Sequence record: OZ335961.1
Direction: 5' to 3' (one strand)
DNA: 64,000 nt
Origin: a phage
This document shows, in pieces, positions 44,857-57,200 of this stretch; position 1 is the first letter of the stretch; each line of letters begins with the position of its first letter. The notes below the pieces were generated by a model. That model was given only the letters and a program-made list of their open reading frames with translations, was not told where the DNA came from and searched no databases. A program made the translations under genes and the position numbers.

Positions 44857-47120
44857 TATAATTTACACGCTGCGCAATCATCGGCTTTTGGAGCTTCTAT
44901 TTCATAATCATCAGTACCAGAACCATCGCGAGTATTATGATAATAGAAATTTTTAATGCCATAATACCATCCGTATAGCATGTCATCAATCATTATTGAC
45001 ATTGGAACCTTTCCTTTTGGAAAAATCTGCGGGTCATAATATGTATTCGCTGAAGCTGATTGACATACCCATTTCAGCATAATAGCTACTTGCGTAAGAT
45101 AAGGTTTATTACCTTTCTTAGCTAATTTCCACGTATAATCATATAGGTCTATGTTATGCTCAATATTGGGCACGACTTGATTAAAGGAACCCTCTTTTGA
45201 TTCTTTAACAGAGACTGGTCCACGTGGAGGCTCGATACCGTTTGTACTGTTAGAAACTTGGGAAGATGACTCACATGGCATAAGTGCTGATAATGTGCTA
45301 TTACGGATGCCAAAGAGCTTAAGGTCTTCCCGCAGCGACGACCAGTCACAAACGTATTTTGGAGCTGCGATTTGGTCAATCTTTTTATTGTACCAGTCGA
45401 TAGGTAATTCGCCTCGAGACCAACGAGTGTCTGAATAATATTCGCAAGGTCCTTTTTCTTTGGCGAGTTTAATGGATGCTTTAATGAGTCCATACTGCAA
45501 TCTCTCAAATAGTTCATGTGTTAAATCGTTAGCATCTTCATAAGAAGCAAAATTACTTGCCAGCCAAGCTGCATAGTTAGTAACACCTACGCCAAGGTTT
45601 CGACGCTTTTTAGCTTTTTCTGCTTCAGGAACTGGATATCCTTGGTAATCCAAAAGATTATCAAGAGCACGAACTTGGACTTCTGCCAATTCATTAATTT
45701 TATCTTGGTCTTGCCAATCGAAGTTATCTAACACAAATGCAGATAACGTGCACAATCCAATTTCAGCATCAGGACTATTCACATCATTTGTTGGAATAGC
45801 AATTTCACAGCACAAGTTACTCTGACGAATAGGTGCCTTTTCACGAATAAATGGCGTATAGTTATTCGTATTATCAATGAACTGCACATAAATCCTTGCT
45901 GTTCCTGAGCGTTCAGTCATAAGTAATTCAAACAGTTCACGGGCTTTAATACGCTTTTTACGAATATTAGGGTCTTTTTCTGCGGCTTCGTATAATTCAC
46001 GGAAACGGTCTTGGTCTTTAAAATAAGAATAATAAAGTTCGCCACCCATTTCATGCGGACTAAACAAAGTAATGTAATCGTTCTTTCCGAATCGTTCCAT
46101 CATTAGGTCATTCAGTTGAACGCCATAATCCATATGACGGATACGGTTTTCTTCTACACCTTTGTTGTTTTTCAAAACGAGAAGATTTTCAACTTCCAAA
46201 TGCCAAATAGGATAATAAGCAGTAGCAGCGCCGCCACGAATTCCACCCTGTGAGCATGATTTAACAGCAGTCTGAAAATGTTTCCAAAAAGGAATAACAC
46301 CAGTATGACGTACTTCACCTGTGCCAATCTTAGAACCTTCGGCACGAATCATACCAACGTTAATACCAATTCCAGCACGTTTGGAGATATATTCAACAAT
46401 TGAAGCGGAAGCCTTATTGATAGACTTTAATGAATCACCTGCTTCAATAACAACACATGAACTAAACTGTCGAGTTGGAGTACGACAACCAGCCATAATA
46501 GGAGTTGGCAATGAAATCTGTCGAGTAGATACTGCTTCATAAAAACGAATAACGTGTTTTAGTCTATCAACAGGTTCATCTTGATGCAATGCCATTCCAA
46601 TAGTCATAAATGCAAACTGTGGAGTTTCATAAATTTGACCAGTGGTTTTATCTTTAACTAGATATTTTTCTTTTAATTGCATCGCCCCGGAATAAGTAAA
46701 TTCCATATCCCGCTCGTGCTTAATTTTTGATTCTAAAAATGTAATTTCTTCTGCTGAATATTTTGACAACAGTTCAGGGTCGTATTTACCTTCATTTACA
46801 CAGTAAGAAATATGGTCAATAAATGAACGTGGTTCATATTGTCCATAAACATGCTTACGAAGAGCGAACATTAAACAGCGTGCAGCTACGTATTGATAAT
46901 CAGGCTCTTCAACTGAAATAGAATTCGCAGCAGCCTTAATTACAATGGTTTGAATGTCATCAGTGGTCATTCCATCACGGAGATATGATTTAATATTTTC
47001 ATATAATTCATAAGGATCTACAGATGTTCCTTCAGCTGCCCAAGATAAAACTTTAATAATTTTTTGCGGGTCAAAGCTCTGAGAAACACCACTACTTTTG
47101 ATAACATTAATTAATTGCAT
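44856..47120 (-). CDS. nrdA: aerobic ribonucleotide reductase large subunit
   Basis: 754-aa ORF; T4 length. Confidence 0.95.
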   Translation of the reverse strand: MQLINVIKSSGVSQSFDPQKIIKVLSWAAEGTSVDPYELYENIKSYLRDGMTTDDIQTIVIKAAANSISVEEPDYQYVAARCLMFALRKHVYGQYEPRSFIDHISYCVNEGKYDPELLSKYSAEEITFLESKIKHERDMEFTYSGAMQLKEKYLVKDKTTGQIYETPQFAFMTIGMALHQDEPVDRLKHVIRFYEAVSTRQISLPTPIMAGCRTPTRQFSSCVVIEAGDSLKSINKASASIVEYISKRAGIGINVGMIRAEGSKIGTGEVRHTGVIPFWKHFQTAVKSCSQGGIRGGAATAYYPIWHLEVENLLVLKNNKGVEENRIRHMDYGVQLNDLMMERFGKNDYITLFSPHEMGGELYYSYFKDQDRFRELYEAAEKDPNIRKKRIKARELFELLMTERSGTARIYVQFIDNTNNYTPFIREKAPIRQSNLCCEIAIPTNDVNSPDAEIGLCTLSAFVLDNFDWQDQDKINELAEVQVRALDNLLDYQGYPVPEAEKAKKRRNLGVGVTNYAAWLASNFASYEDANDLTHELFERLQYGLIKASIKLAKEKGPCEYYSDTRWSRGELPIDWYNKKIDQIAAPKYVCDWSSLREDLKLFGIRNSTLSALMPCESSSQVSNSTNGIEPPRGPVSVKESKEGSFNQVVPNIEHNIDLYDYTWKLAKKGNKPYLTQVAIMLKWVCQSASANTYYDPQIFPKGKVPMSIMIDDMLYGWYYGIKNFYYHNTRDGSGTDDYEIEAPKADDCAACKL

Positions 47121-47437
47121 AAGTCCTCAACTTGAAAATCGTCTTTAAACAATCGGTTAACTATATGAGCTATTATATCACCATGACACGGCTTTGGTTT
47201 ACATGTGCATCCTATCCTCATTCCACGTAAAGGCTCTAAATGTGCTTTAGTTATTTCTCCGGATTTAATTCGACGTATAAAATCTTTTTTGAATAATTCA
47301 ATGGCAGCCTCCCGGCTGCCAGCATCTTTACCGACGTAATTTCCCCAAAATGTACCACGGTGAATATTAACATCAAAGTCGGATTTATATTTATTCACTA
47401 CCTGACATAGACGGCCCGCGCGGTGATAATTCGTCAT
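47111..47437 (-). CDS. hypothetical protein (positional equivalent of T4 nrdA.1)
   Basis: 108-aa ORF with Cys/His cluster ([11 protein letters not shown]). Confidence 0.5.
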   Translation of the reverse strand: MTNYHRAGRLCQVVNKYKSDFDVNIHRGTFWGNYVGKDAGSREAAIELFKKDFIRRIKSGEITKAHLEPLRGMRIGCTCKPKPCHGDIIAHIVNRLFKDDFQVEDLCN

Positions 47438-47666
47438 ATTGTTTTTCCGTTAAAACAGTAATATCATAATAACAATCAGAAGAAGTTTTAACTGTAGAAA
47501 TTTTATTATCAAAATACTCACGAGTCATTTTATGAGTATAATATTTTTTGCCATAAATGATAATAGGCTGATTTGGTCCTGGAACTTCTAACTCGCTTGG
47601 ATTAGGAAGTGTAAAAAGAACTACACCAGAAGTATCCTTAAATCGTAAAATCATATATCCTCTCAA
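47391..47666 (-). CDS. hypothetical protein (positional equivalent of T4 nrdA.2)
   Basis: 91-aa ORF. Confidence 0.5.
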   Translation of the reverse strand: MRGYMILRFKDTSGVVLFTLPNPSELEVPGPNQPIIIYGKKYYTHKMTREYFDNKISTVKTSSDCYYDITVLTEKQYDELSPRGPSMSGSE

Positions 47667-47677
47667 TTAAATTAAAA

Positions 47678-48537
47678 TTACACCGCCATCTTTCCTTTAA
47701 TTGGCGGGTGAGATACATAGTTGTTAAGAACAAAATTATGCGGCTTTGCGAATTGACTCAACCAAAATACCTGCGATTCTGTGTCCCATTCATCAAATTC
47801 ATCTGGAAATTTTAATTGTAATTCGCATAAATCCATAGGTTCACGACGCAAAATTTCTTTACATTGTTCTACGTGATTCATATAGATATGAGTATTACCA
47901 CCAGAAAATATCAAATCTCCTGGAATAAGATTACACATCTTAGCTACAATATGAACTAATGCAGCATATGACGCAATATTAAATGGAAGACCGAGGAAAA
48001 CATCTACTGAACGTTGATACCACTGCAAATCCAAATAGCCATTACGCACATTAAATTGATAGAACATATGACAAGGTGGTAATGCCATTTGCTTGAGTTC
48101 AGCTGGATTCCATGCTGAAACAATTTGACGTCTATCATTTGGCAGTTTTTTAATACGATCAATAACTTCTATAATTTGGTCTACACCGCCAAAATCGCGC
48201 CACTGTTTTCCATAAATTGGACCAAGTTCACCGCTATGGTATCCTAAATCTTTTGCTTGGTTTTCGTAATTTTCATCCCAGACCGTTTTGCCTTGAATTA
48301 ATGAATCATGTTGAATTAATCGCAAATCATTGACATTTGTGCTTCCCGATAAAAACCATATTAGTTCAGCAATGCAAGCTTTCCAGGCGAGCTTCTTAGT
48401 CGTTACTGCAGGAAAACCTTTAGTTAAATCCCAGCGTAATTTAGTACCGAACAAAGCAATTGTTCCTGTGCCTGTTCGGTCATCGGTTTCATAGCCATTT
48501 TCCAGGATATCTTTAATTAAAAATTGGTATTGTTTCA

Positions 48538-48538
<1 letters not shown>
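47678..48538 (-). CDS. td: thymidylate synthase, uninterrupted
   Basis: Start at MKQYQ gives 286 aa; active-site region PPCHMFYQFNV; coding sequence continuous, no intron. Confidence 0.93.
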
Positions 48539-49570
<1,032 letters not shown>

Positions 49571-49581
49571 ATTATCTCCTA

Positions 49582-49914
49582 TTAAAAAGGATCAGGAACA
49601 TATCCACTAGCTTTAATCATTTTAACTAATGTTACCATTCCTTTGTTAACTGCTTGTGAGATTTCATCAAAAACTTCATCATTAAAAAGTTCTAGCACAC
49701 CCTTCTGAACTTTTAATTTACAGCCAACAATTTCGTCATCGCCTATAGTAAATTCATTACCGCCAATTCCACCGAAAAACTTAATTACGCCAGTTAACTG
49801 TCTTCCACGAGAATATGGGTCGTGTGATAAAGTAATATGAGTCACCCCAGGTACAGTTTTAAATTGACAGCGGATGTTTACTTGAGCAATTCCAGTTACA
49901 TGAATGTCAGACAT
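49582..49914 (-). CDS. hypothetical protein (frd-32 cluster)
   Basis: 110-aa ORF. Confidence 0.5.
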   Translation of the reverse strand: MSDIHVTGIAQVNIRCQFKTVPGVTHITLSHDPYSRGRQLTGVIKFFGGIGGNEFTIGDDEIVGCKLKVQKGVLELFNDEVFDEISQAVNKGMVTLVKMIKASGYVPDPF

Positions 49915-49924
49915 AATATTTTCC

Positions 49925-50167
49925 TCAAACAGACTTTTTCACAATTTTCCAATCAGCTTTAAACTGTTCAACATCAGAATGGTAAATCCAGAATCCTGCG
50001 CTTTCTCCATCCTCATAAAGAGGGCATCCATCGCATTCATCTTCCCATCCCATATCACGCAAAAGATGTTCAGCTTTTTCAACAAGTTCAGAATCTTTAC
50101 CGATGATATTAAAATACCATTTACCTCTAACTTCTGAATCTTTAATGCTCTGACGTTGTAATCTCAT
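49925..50167 (-). CDS. hypothetical protein (frd-32 cluster)
   Basis: 80-aa ORF with early-type promoter upstream. Confidence 0.5.
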   Translation of the reverse strand: MRLQRQSIKDSEVRGKWYFNIIGKDSELVEKAEHLLRDMGWEDECDGCPLYEDGESAGFWIYHSDVEQFKADWKIVKKSV

Positions 50168-50221
50168 TTTATTCTCCTTAGTTGATAGGGTAATAGTATC
50201 ACACTACTACCCTTCTGTAAA

Positions 50222-50602
50222 CTACTTTTTGAAAGTTTTTCGCAAAAGTTCAATGATTTCATCTACATTGTTTTCGTCAACAATGCAATGAATTTTTGTT
50301 ACGCCAGAAACCTTGTCTTTGACTTCATCTTCTTCAGAAGTCGGTTCTTTATACTCACGAAAACAATGAAATTCATCTTCGCAAATTTCTAAAAGTCTAT
50401 CTTTAAGGTAAAAATGCTTTCCATTTGCGCATTCAATGTGTTTTACGGCTTTATATCCATTAGCGACTGAAACTTCTTTAACTTCAAACCATCCGCCATT
50501 ATCTCGAATAGCTTTAACTATTGATGAATTGGAACGTGGGCTATAATTAATAAATGTATCAATAAGTCTTGGAACAAGTTCATACTTTCGACCAGTATAC
50601 AT
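50222..50602 (-). CDS. hypothetical protein (frd-32 cluster)
   Basis: 126-aa ORF, GAGGAAA RBS after a hairpin. Confidence 0.5.
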   Translation of the reverse strand: MYTGRKYELVPRLIDTFINYSPRSNSSIVKAIRDNGGWFEVKEVSVANGYKAVKHIECANGKHFYLKDRLLEICEDEFHCFREYKEPTSEEDEVKDKVSGVTKIHCIVDENNVDEIIELLRKTFKK

Positions 50603-50646
50603 TGTGTTTTCCTCATTTTAACGGGGCTGTAATAGCCCCTTGATAA

Positions 50647-50874
50647 TTATTGTTCAATCAATCCCATGTAAAATTCTGTGTCTTCAGAATCCATACCATC
50701 ACAATATTCATTAGCCATAAAGCGGGTGAGGTCTTCAAGAGGACCTTCAATAACGATTTGAATACTCCAAAACTTAGAATCTTGCACGCTTGCGATACTA
50801 AGTTCAGGATAACGATTACGAATAATTTCTTCAATATATTCAAAATCAACGATGTCAATATCAACTTTAGCCAT
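50647..50874 (-). CDS. hypothetical protein (frd-32 cluster)
   Basis: Second ATG (MAKVDIDIV...) has GAGGAAA RBS; about 75 aa. Confidence 0.45.
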   Translation of the reverse strand: MAKVDIDIVDFEYIEEIIRNRYPELSIASVQDSKFWSIQIVIEGPLEDLTRFMANEYCDGMDSEDTEFYMGLIEQ

Positions 50875-50981
50875 ATTATTTTCCTCTTTAATCATCAGCA
50901 GTATTGCCGATAGTTGTATAGTACCACAGTATGCTTTGGTTGTAAACCGTTTTGTGAAAAAAAAAATTTTTGAAATAAAAA

Positions 50982-50999
50982 GGGGACCTCTAGGGTCCC
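50982..50999 (-). terminator. intrinsic terminator downstream of gene 32
   Basis: Minus strand GGGGACCC-tagag-GTCCCC followed by TTTTTATTTC. Confidence 0.7.
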
Positions 51000-51022
51000 C
51001 AATTAATTAGTAATATAATCTA

Positions 51023-51931
51023 TTAAAGGTCATTCAAAAGGTCATCCAGGTCTGTGTCATCAGCACTAGATGAACTGCCAGAGCTCGAGCTCATAAAATC
51101 ATCTTCAGTTTTTGTATTGAAGTCATCAACATTAAATGCATCCAAATCATCAGCAACTTTATCAGCTTTCTTAGCGGCAGTCGCTGCGGCACCACCCATA
51201 GCAGCAGTTCCCATAACTTGACTGAACTTAGTGCTCAGTTCTTCAAACGATTTGAATTTATCTTTAGAAGTCATTTCAGAAAGGTCAACCATTTGTTCGA
51301 ACAATTCTTTCTGGAAAGATTCATCATCAATGTTTGGAATCGCAGATTGATTCAGGAATTTAGATTCGTCGTAGTTACTAAAACCAGAAACTTGTTTAAC
51401 TTTCAGTACAAAGTTAGCACCTTCCCACGGACAAGTTACATCAACCGGAGTTTCACCCATTTCAACATCAACTGCAATCATTGCATTGATTTTATCCCAG
51501 ATTTTCTTACCAAAACGGTATTTAAATACTTTACCTTCATTTTCTGGAGCAGCTGGGTCTTTTACTACAAGAATGTTAGCCCAGTAAGAAGTTTTACGTT
51601 TAACAAGACCGTACTCTTTATTGTCAGTGTTGTACAAATCATTTTTACTGATGTACTGACATACTGGACAAGAATCGTAATCACCGTGGGTAGATGAACA
51701 GTTTTCAATATACCATTTACCATTTTTCTTGAAACCGTGATTTACAAGAATTGCGAATGGTGCTTGTTCATCATTTTTAGACGGAAGAAAACGAATTACT
51801 GCTTGACCGTTACCCGCATTATCGAGTTTCAGTTTCCACTCGCCTTTATCTTCAGAAGAAAAACCACCTTTGTTTCCAGCCAGTTTAGCCATTTGTGCAG
51901 CGAGTTCAGCAGTAGATTTACGTTTAAACAT
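51023..51931 (-). CDS. 32: single-stranded DNA-binding protein
   Basis: 302-aa ORF with acidic Ser/Asp C-tail; preceded by the autoregulatory leader TTAAATTAAAAAGGAAATAAAAATG. Confidence 0.93.
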   Translation of the reverse strand: MFKRKSTAELAAQMAKLAGNKGGFSSEDKGEWKLKLDNAGNGQAVIRFLPSKNDEQAPFAILVNHGFKKNGKWYIENCSSTHGDYDSCPVCQYISKNDLYNTDNKEYGLVKRKTSYWANILVVKDPAAPENEGKVFKYRFGKKIWDKINAMIAVDVEMGETPVDVTCPWEGANFVLKVKQVSGFSNYDESKFLNQSAIPNIDDESFQKELFEQMVDLSEMTSKDKFKSFEELSTKFSQVMGTAAMGGAAATAAKKADKVADDLDAFNVDDFNTKTEDDFMSSSSGSSSSADDTDLDDLLNDL

Positions 51932-52010
51932 TTTTATTTCCTTTTTAATTTAATTAACAGTTGGTGCTATGACGATGTATGACCTCATAGCTGGTCAGTG
52001 AGATAATTAT
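51932..52010 (-). promoter_or_regulatory. gene 32 translational operator (pseudoknot plus unstructured A/U-rich leader)
   Basis: Minus strand contains CTATGAggtcatacatcgTCATAG stem elements followed by TTAAATTAAAAAGGAAATAAAAATG. Confidence 0.55.
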
Positions 52011-52030
52011 AATCTATTTATAATAAGCAA

Positions 52031-52684
52031 TTAATACTTGCAAGATTTCACAGTTTCAATAAAAACACTTTTAGCTTTCTGCGAATCAATATTTAAAATT
52101 TTTCTATAAGCCTTTAACTTTATAGAATAATTATTCCAGACTAAATTATCAGTCTGTTCATCATGTTTATCGATTATATTTAAAAACGAATCAAGCAAGA
52201 TAAACGTCTCAAACGAAATTATATTCGATTGAAGTAGTTTAAAAATATAACTTGATTGAACTTTTGGATTATACTCAAAGATTTCTTTAAAAGCAGAAAC
52301 TTCAACTTTTTTACTAAAATAATAAATGTTGCGAATATCTTCTTCAAACTTAAATTTAATTTGCTTTAAGCGTCCGATATATTCACGATAAAACACAAGT
52401 GCATCAGCGTCAGAGATGTCACCAATCCAAGCATCTTGGTTAGCAACGAGATTGCTTATAAAGATTAAAGCAAGTTCCTTTAATTTATATTTTTCTGATA
52501 ACTTCTGGAAAAAATACTTATCCCTTCGCTTTTGATAAGCGGCATCAGACACCCGCATGCACCAATTATACTTAATTACATCATACTTTCCATTCATATG
52601 TTGTTTTATCATTAAGTATAATTTATAAACTGATTTACCATCAATGTATCTTTCACCACCAGCAGGCATGCGGAGTTTAATCAT
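52031..52684 (-). CDS. 59: helicase loader
   Basis: 217-aa ORF directly upstream of gene 32; T4 length. Confidence 0.9.
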   Translation of the reverse strand: MIKLRMPAGGERYIDGKSVYKLYLMIKQHMNGKYDVIKYNWCMRVSDAAYQKRRDKYFFQKLSEKYKLKELALIFISNLVANQDAWIGDISDADALVFYREYIGRLKQIKFKFEEDIRNIYYFSKKVEVSAFKEIFEYNPKVQSSYIFKLLQSNIISFETFILLDSFLNIIDKHDEQTDNLVWNNYSIKLKAYRKILNIDSQKAKSVFIETVKSCKY

Positions 52685-53019
52685 AGTAGAAAATCTAATG
52701 TATTAGTTTTTTCACAACGAACAACAGAAGGACGTAAAAGATTTTCGTCAATAGCTTCTGACTGAATTTTTTCAATTATACCCGAAGGAATAAATTTAGC
52801 AAATTGAGTTTCAGGAATAGAATTTTCTTCTAAGAATGCTGTTGTAGCTTCAAGATAACTCATTCCAAACTCTTCTACCATTTTTTCAATTATAAATCCA
52901 TTTTCTTGACGGTCAAGAAGCTTTGCAATTTCATCTTTTTCTTTCTTAATTGAAAGTTCTTTTTCTGAAAGACCGGTCTCATCGACCGGACGAATATCAT
53001 TTAGAGAAAACTGTGTCAT
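52681..53019 (-). CDS. 33: late transcription co-activator
   Basis: Start at MTQFSL gives 112 aa. Confidence 0.85.
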   Translation of the reverse strand: MTQFSLNDIRPVDETGLSEKELSIKKEKDEIAKLLDRQENGFIIEKMVEEFGMSYLEATTAFLEENSIPETQFAKFIPSGIIEKIQSEAIDENLLRPSVVRCEKTNTLDFLL

Positions 53020-53266
53020 AAAGTTCAACTACCTCTTCAGTTTCAGCTTCAAACACATCACGGTTATCTTTATGATACAAAGCTAACAGACGATTAAACA
53101 TCTTGCCATCAACACCAAGTTCATCTTTGGCACGAATTCGAATATCTTTAATCAATTCATTATAACCAGAAATTTTCAGTTTATGATCAGATGCTTCTTT
53201 AATAAATTTAGCCAAGTCTTCGCCATGGATAGCTTCATCAAATTCAACCATTTCTTTTTTAGCCAT
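52997..53266 (-). CDS. dsbA: DsbA dsDNA-binding protein (late transcription)
   Basis: 89-aa ORF between rnh and 33. Confidence 0.85.
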   Translation of the reverse strand: MAKKEMVEFDEAIHGEDLAKFIKEASDHKLKISGYNELIKDIRIRAKDELGVDGKMFNRLLALYHKDNRDVFEAETEEVVELYDTVFSK

Positions 53267-53274
53267 TATTCACC

Positions 53275-54192
53275 TCAAAATTCATTAATGCTATTAGTTA
53301 ATTTAGAAAGACCCGCTTTTACAAAATATGAATAAATTTTGCCACGCGGTGGTAATTTATATGAATTATAGTAATTCACAATGTTTGAAGCAATATTATC
53401 AGGAATATAATCAAAATCAATTAGAACTAAATTTTCTTTATAACGATTATATTCAGATTCTGTGAGAAGCACCTTAGCTTGCTCACGGTCATTAGCAATA
53501 GCTTCAACAATAGAGGTTTTCATTGAAGGAGTTCGTTCACCTTCAACTCTGGTAAACCAAAAGTCAGATCGTACTTTAACTGAAGCAACGTTATCCTTTT
53601 TGTCGCCTTTAAGGATTTTAGTCATACAGTCAATTTCAGCAGAACCGCTTTTAATTTTAACCCATTTCTTGTGCATCGGTGACCATTGCTTAACATTTGG
53701 GTATTTGTGAAGTTGAGTAAAGTCACCATCCGACGAAATGATTAAAATCTTATGTCCTTCTAAAGAGAACTTTTTAACAAGAACAGCGATATGATCATCT
53801 GCTTCATACTTATCAATATCCATAACGATGTATGGCATATAAGCTTTCAATTCATCTATAACTTTATGACTGGATTCAAAATAACCTTCCCAGTCCCAAG
53901 TAGATTCTTCTCGTGCTTTTCCACGGTTTTTCTTATAATAATAAGCGAAATCACGGCGCCAGTATCCAGATTTAGCGTTATCAATACACAGCACAATTTT
54001 AGTGTATCCAAGAGTTTTTGCTTTTTTGACATTAAACTTAATTGAGTTCAATATCAAATGACGAACCATCGATAAATTAATTTTTTCTTTATCTGGGAAG
54101 TTTACCAGAGCAGTTGAAAGTGCAATCTGACTAAAGTCAATTAAGCAAATTCCTTCTTTGTAATCTTCATCCAGCATCATTTCTAAATCCAT
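53275..54192 (-). CDS. rnh: RNase H / 5'-3' exonuclease (FEN family)
   Basis: Start at MDLEMMLDEDYKEG gives 305 aa. Confidence 0.9.
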   Translation of the reverse strand: MDLEMMLDEDYKEGICLIDFSQIALSTALVNFPDKEKINLSMVRHLILNSIKFNVKKAKTLGYTKIVLCIDNAKSGYWRRDFAYYYKKNRGKAREESTWDWEGYFESSHKVIDELKAYMPYIVMDIDKYEADDHIAVLVKKFSLEGHKILIISSDGDFTQLHKYPNVKQWSPMHKKWVKIKSGSAEIDCMTKILKGDKKDNVASVKVRSDFWFTRVEGERTPSMKTSIVEAIANDREQAKVLLTESEYNRYKENLVLIDFDYIPDNIASNIVNYYNSYKLPPRGKIYSYFVKAGLSKLTNSINEF

Positions 54193-54254
54193 ATGAACCC
54201 CGTTCAATTAGTGAGATTTCTATTATATACCATCTAAATCTTAAAGTAAACAAG

Positions 54255-54262
54255 TATAAATA
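54255..54262 (+). promoter_or_regulatory. late promoter core TATAAATA (gene 34)
   Basis: Exact match about 35 nt upstream of ATG 54297. Confidence 0.6.
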
Positions 54263-54296
54263 CTTATTATTGAAAACACAATAGGAGCCCGGGAGA

Positions 54297-57200
54297 ATGG
54301 CCGAGATTAAAAGAAAGTTCAGAGCAGAAGATGGTCTGGACGCAGGTGGCGATAAAATAATCAACGTAGCTTTAGCTGATCGTACCGTAGGAACTGACGG
54401 TGTTAACGTTGATTACTTAATTCAAGAAAACACAGTTCAACAATATGATCCAACTCGTGGATATTTAAAAGATTTTGTAATCATTTATAATAATCGTTTT
54501 TGGGCAGCAACGGATAATATTCCAAAACCTGCTGGAAGTTTTAATAGAATTCGTTGGAAAGCATTACGTACTGATGCCGTATATACAACCGTATCATCTG
54601 GACCGTATCAATTAAAATCCGGAGAAGCAATTTCAGTAGATACATCAGTTGGTAATGACATTGAGTTTACTTTACCACCTTCTCCGCTCGATGGAGAAAC
54701 AGTAATAATTCAAGATATCGGTGGAAAACCTGGTATAAATCAGGTTAAAATAAGTTCTTCAAATCAGAGCATTGTTAATTTTAGAGGTGAACAAGTACGT
54801 TCAGTTTTAATGACTCATCCAAAGTCACAGATGATATTCATTTTTAATAATCGTTTGTGGCAAATGTATGTTGCTGATTATAGCAGAGAAGCTGCAATTG
54901 TTACTCCATCGACTGCGTATCAAGCACAATCTAATGATTTTATCGTGCGTAGATTTACTTCCGCAGCGCCGATTAATATTAAACTTCCGAAATTTGCTAA
55001 TCATGGCGATATTATTAATTTCGTTGATTTAGATAAATTAAATCCTCTTTATCATACAATTGTCACGACATATGATGAAACAACTTCAGTACAAGAAGTT
55101 GGAACTCATTCCATTGAAGGCCGTACATCGATTGACGGTTTCTTGATGTTTGATGATAATGAAAAATTATGGAGATTGTTTGACGGGGATAGTAAAGCGC
55201 GTTTACGTATCATAACGACTAATTCAAACATTCGTCCAAATGAAGAAGTTATGGTATTTGGTGCGAATAACGGAACAACCCAAACAATTGAGCTTCAGCT
55301 TCCAACTAATATTTCTGTTGGTGATACTGTTAAAATTTCCATGAATTACATGAGAAAAGGCCAAACAGTTAAAATCAAAGCTGCCGGTGAAGATAAAATT
55401 GCTTCTTCAGTTCAATTGTTGCAATTCCCAAAGCGTTCAGAGTATCCGCCTGAAGCTGAATGGGTGACTGTTCAAGAATTAGTTTTTAATGGTGAAACTA
55501 ATTATGTTCCAGTTTTACAGCTTGCTTATATTGAAGATTCTGACGGAAAATACTGGGTAGTACAACAAAACGTTCCAACAGTTGAAAGAGTTGATTCTTT
55601 AAATAATTCTACTAGAGCAAGATTAGGCGTAATTGCTTTAGCTACACAAGCCCAAGCTAACGTCGATTTAGAAAATTCTCCACAAAAAGAATTAGCAATT
55701 ACTCCAGAAACATTAGCTAACCGTACTGCTACAGAAACTCGTAGAGGTATCGCAAGAATAGCAACTACTGCTCAAGTAAATCAGAACACTACATTCTCTT
55801 TTGCTGATGACCTTATCATCACTCCTAAAAAGCTGAATGAAAGAACTGCTACAGAAACTCGCAGAGGTGTTGCTGAAATTGCTACGCAGCAGGAAACTAA
55901 TACAGGTACTGATGATACTACAATCATCACTCCTAAAAAGCTTCAAGCTCGTCAAGGTTCTGAAACATTATCGGGTATTGTAACTTTTGTATCTACCGCA
56001 GGAGCTACTCCAGCCTCTAGTCGTGAATTAAATGGTACAAATGTTTATAATAAAAATACTAATAATTTAGTTGTTTCGCCTAAAGCTTTGGATCAGTATA
56101 AAGCTACTCCAACACAACAAGGCGCAGTAATTTTAGCAGTTGAAAGTGAAGTAATTGCTGGACAGAGTCAAGAAGGATGGGCAAATGCGGTTGTAACGCC
56201 AGAAACGTTACATAAAAAAACATCAACTGATGGAAGAATTGGTTTAATTGAAATTGCTACGCAAAGCGAAGTTAATACAGGAACTGATTATACTCGCGCA
56301 GTCACTCCTAAAACTTTAAATGACCGTAGAGCAACTGAAAGTTTAAGTGGTATAGCTGAAATTGCTACACAAGTTGAATTCGACGCAGGCGTCGACGATA
56401 CTCGTATCTCTACACCATTAAAAATTAAAACTAGATTTGATAGTACTGATCGTACTTCTGTTGTTGCTCTGTCTGGATTAGTTGAATCAGGAACTCTCTG
56501 GGACCATTATACCCTTAATATTCTTGAAGCAAATGAGACACAACGTGGTACACTTCGTGTGGCTACACAAGTTGAAGCTGCTGCAGGAACATTAGATAAT
56601 GTTTTGATAACTCCTAAAAAGCTTTTAGGTACTAAATCTACTGAAGCGCAAGAAGGCGTTATTAAAGTTGCAACTCAAGTTGAAACTGTTACTGGAACGT
56701 CAGCAAATACTGCTGTATCTCCAAAAAATTTAAAATGGATTGTGCAAAGTGAACCTACTTGGGCAGCAACTACTTTGGTAAGAGGTTTTGTTAAAACTTC
56801 ATCTGGTTCAATTACATTCGTTGGTAATGATACAGTTGGTTCAACACAGTCATTAGACTTGTACGAGAAAAATAGCTATGCAGTATCGCCATATGAATTA
56901 AACCGTGTATTAGCAAATTATTTGCCGTTAAAAGCAAAAGCTGTAGATAGTAATTTATTGGATGGTCTAGATTCATCTCAGTTCATTCGTAGGGATATTG
57001 CGCAGACGGTTAATGGTTCACTAACCTTAACACAACAAACGAATCTGAGTGCCCCTCTTGTATCGTCTAGTACTGCTACGTTTGGTGGATCAGTTTCGGC
57101 AAATAGTACATTAACTATTTCTAATACTGGAACGGCAACTCGTCTGATTTTTGAGAAAGGACCTCAAACTGGGACGAACCCAGCTCAAACGATGACAGTC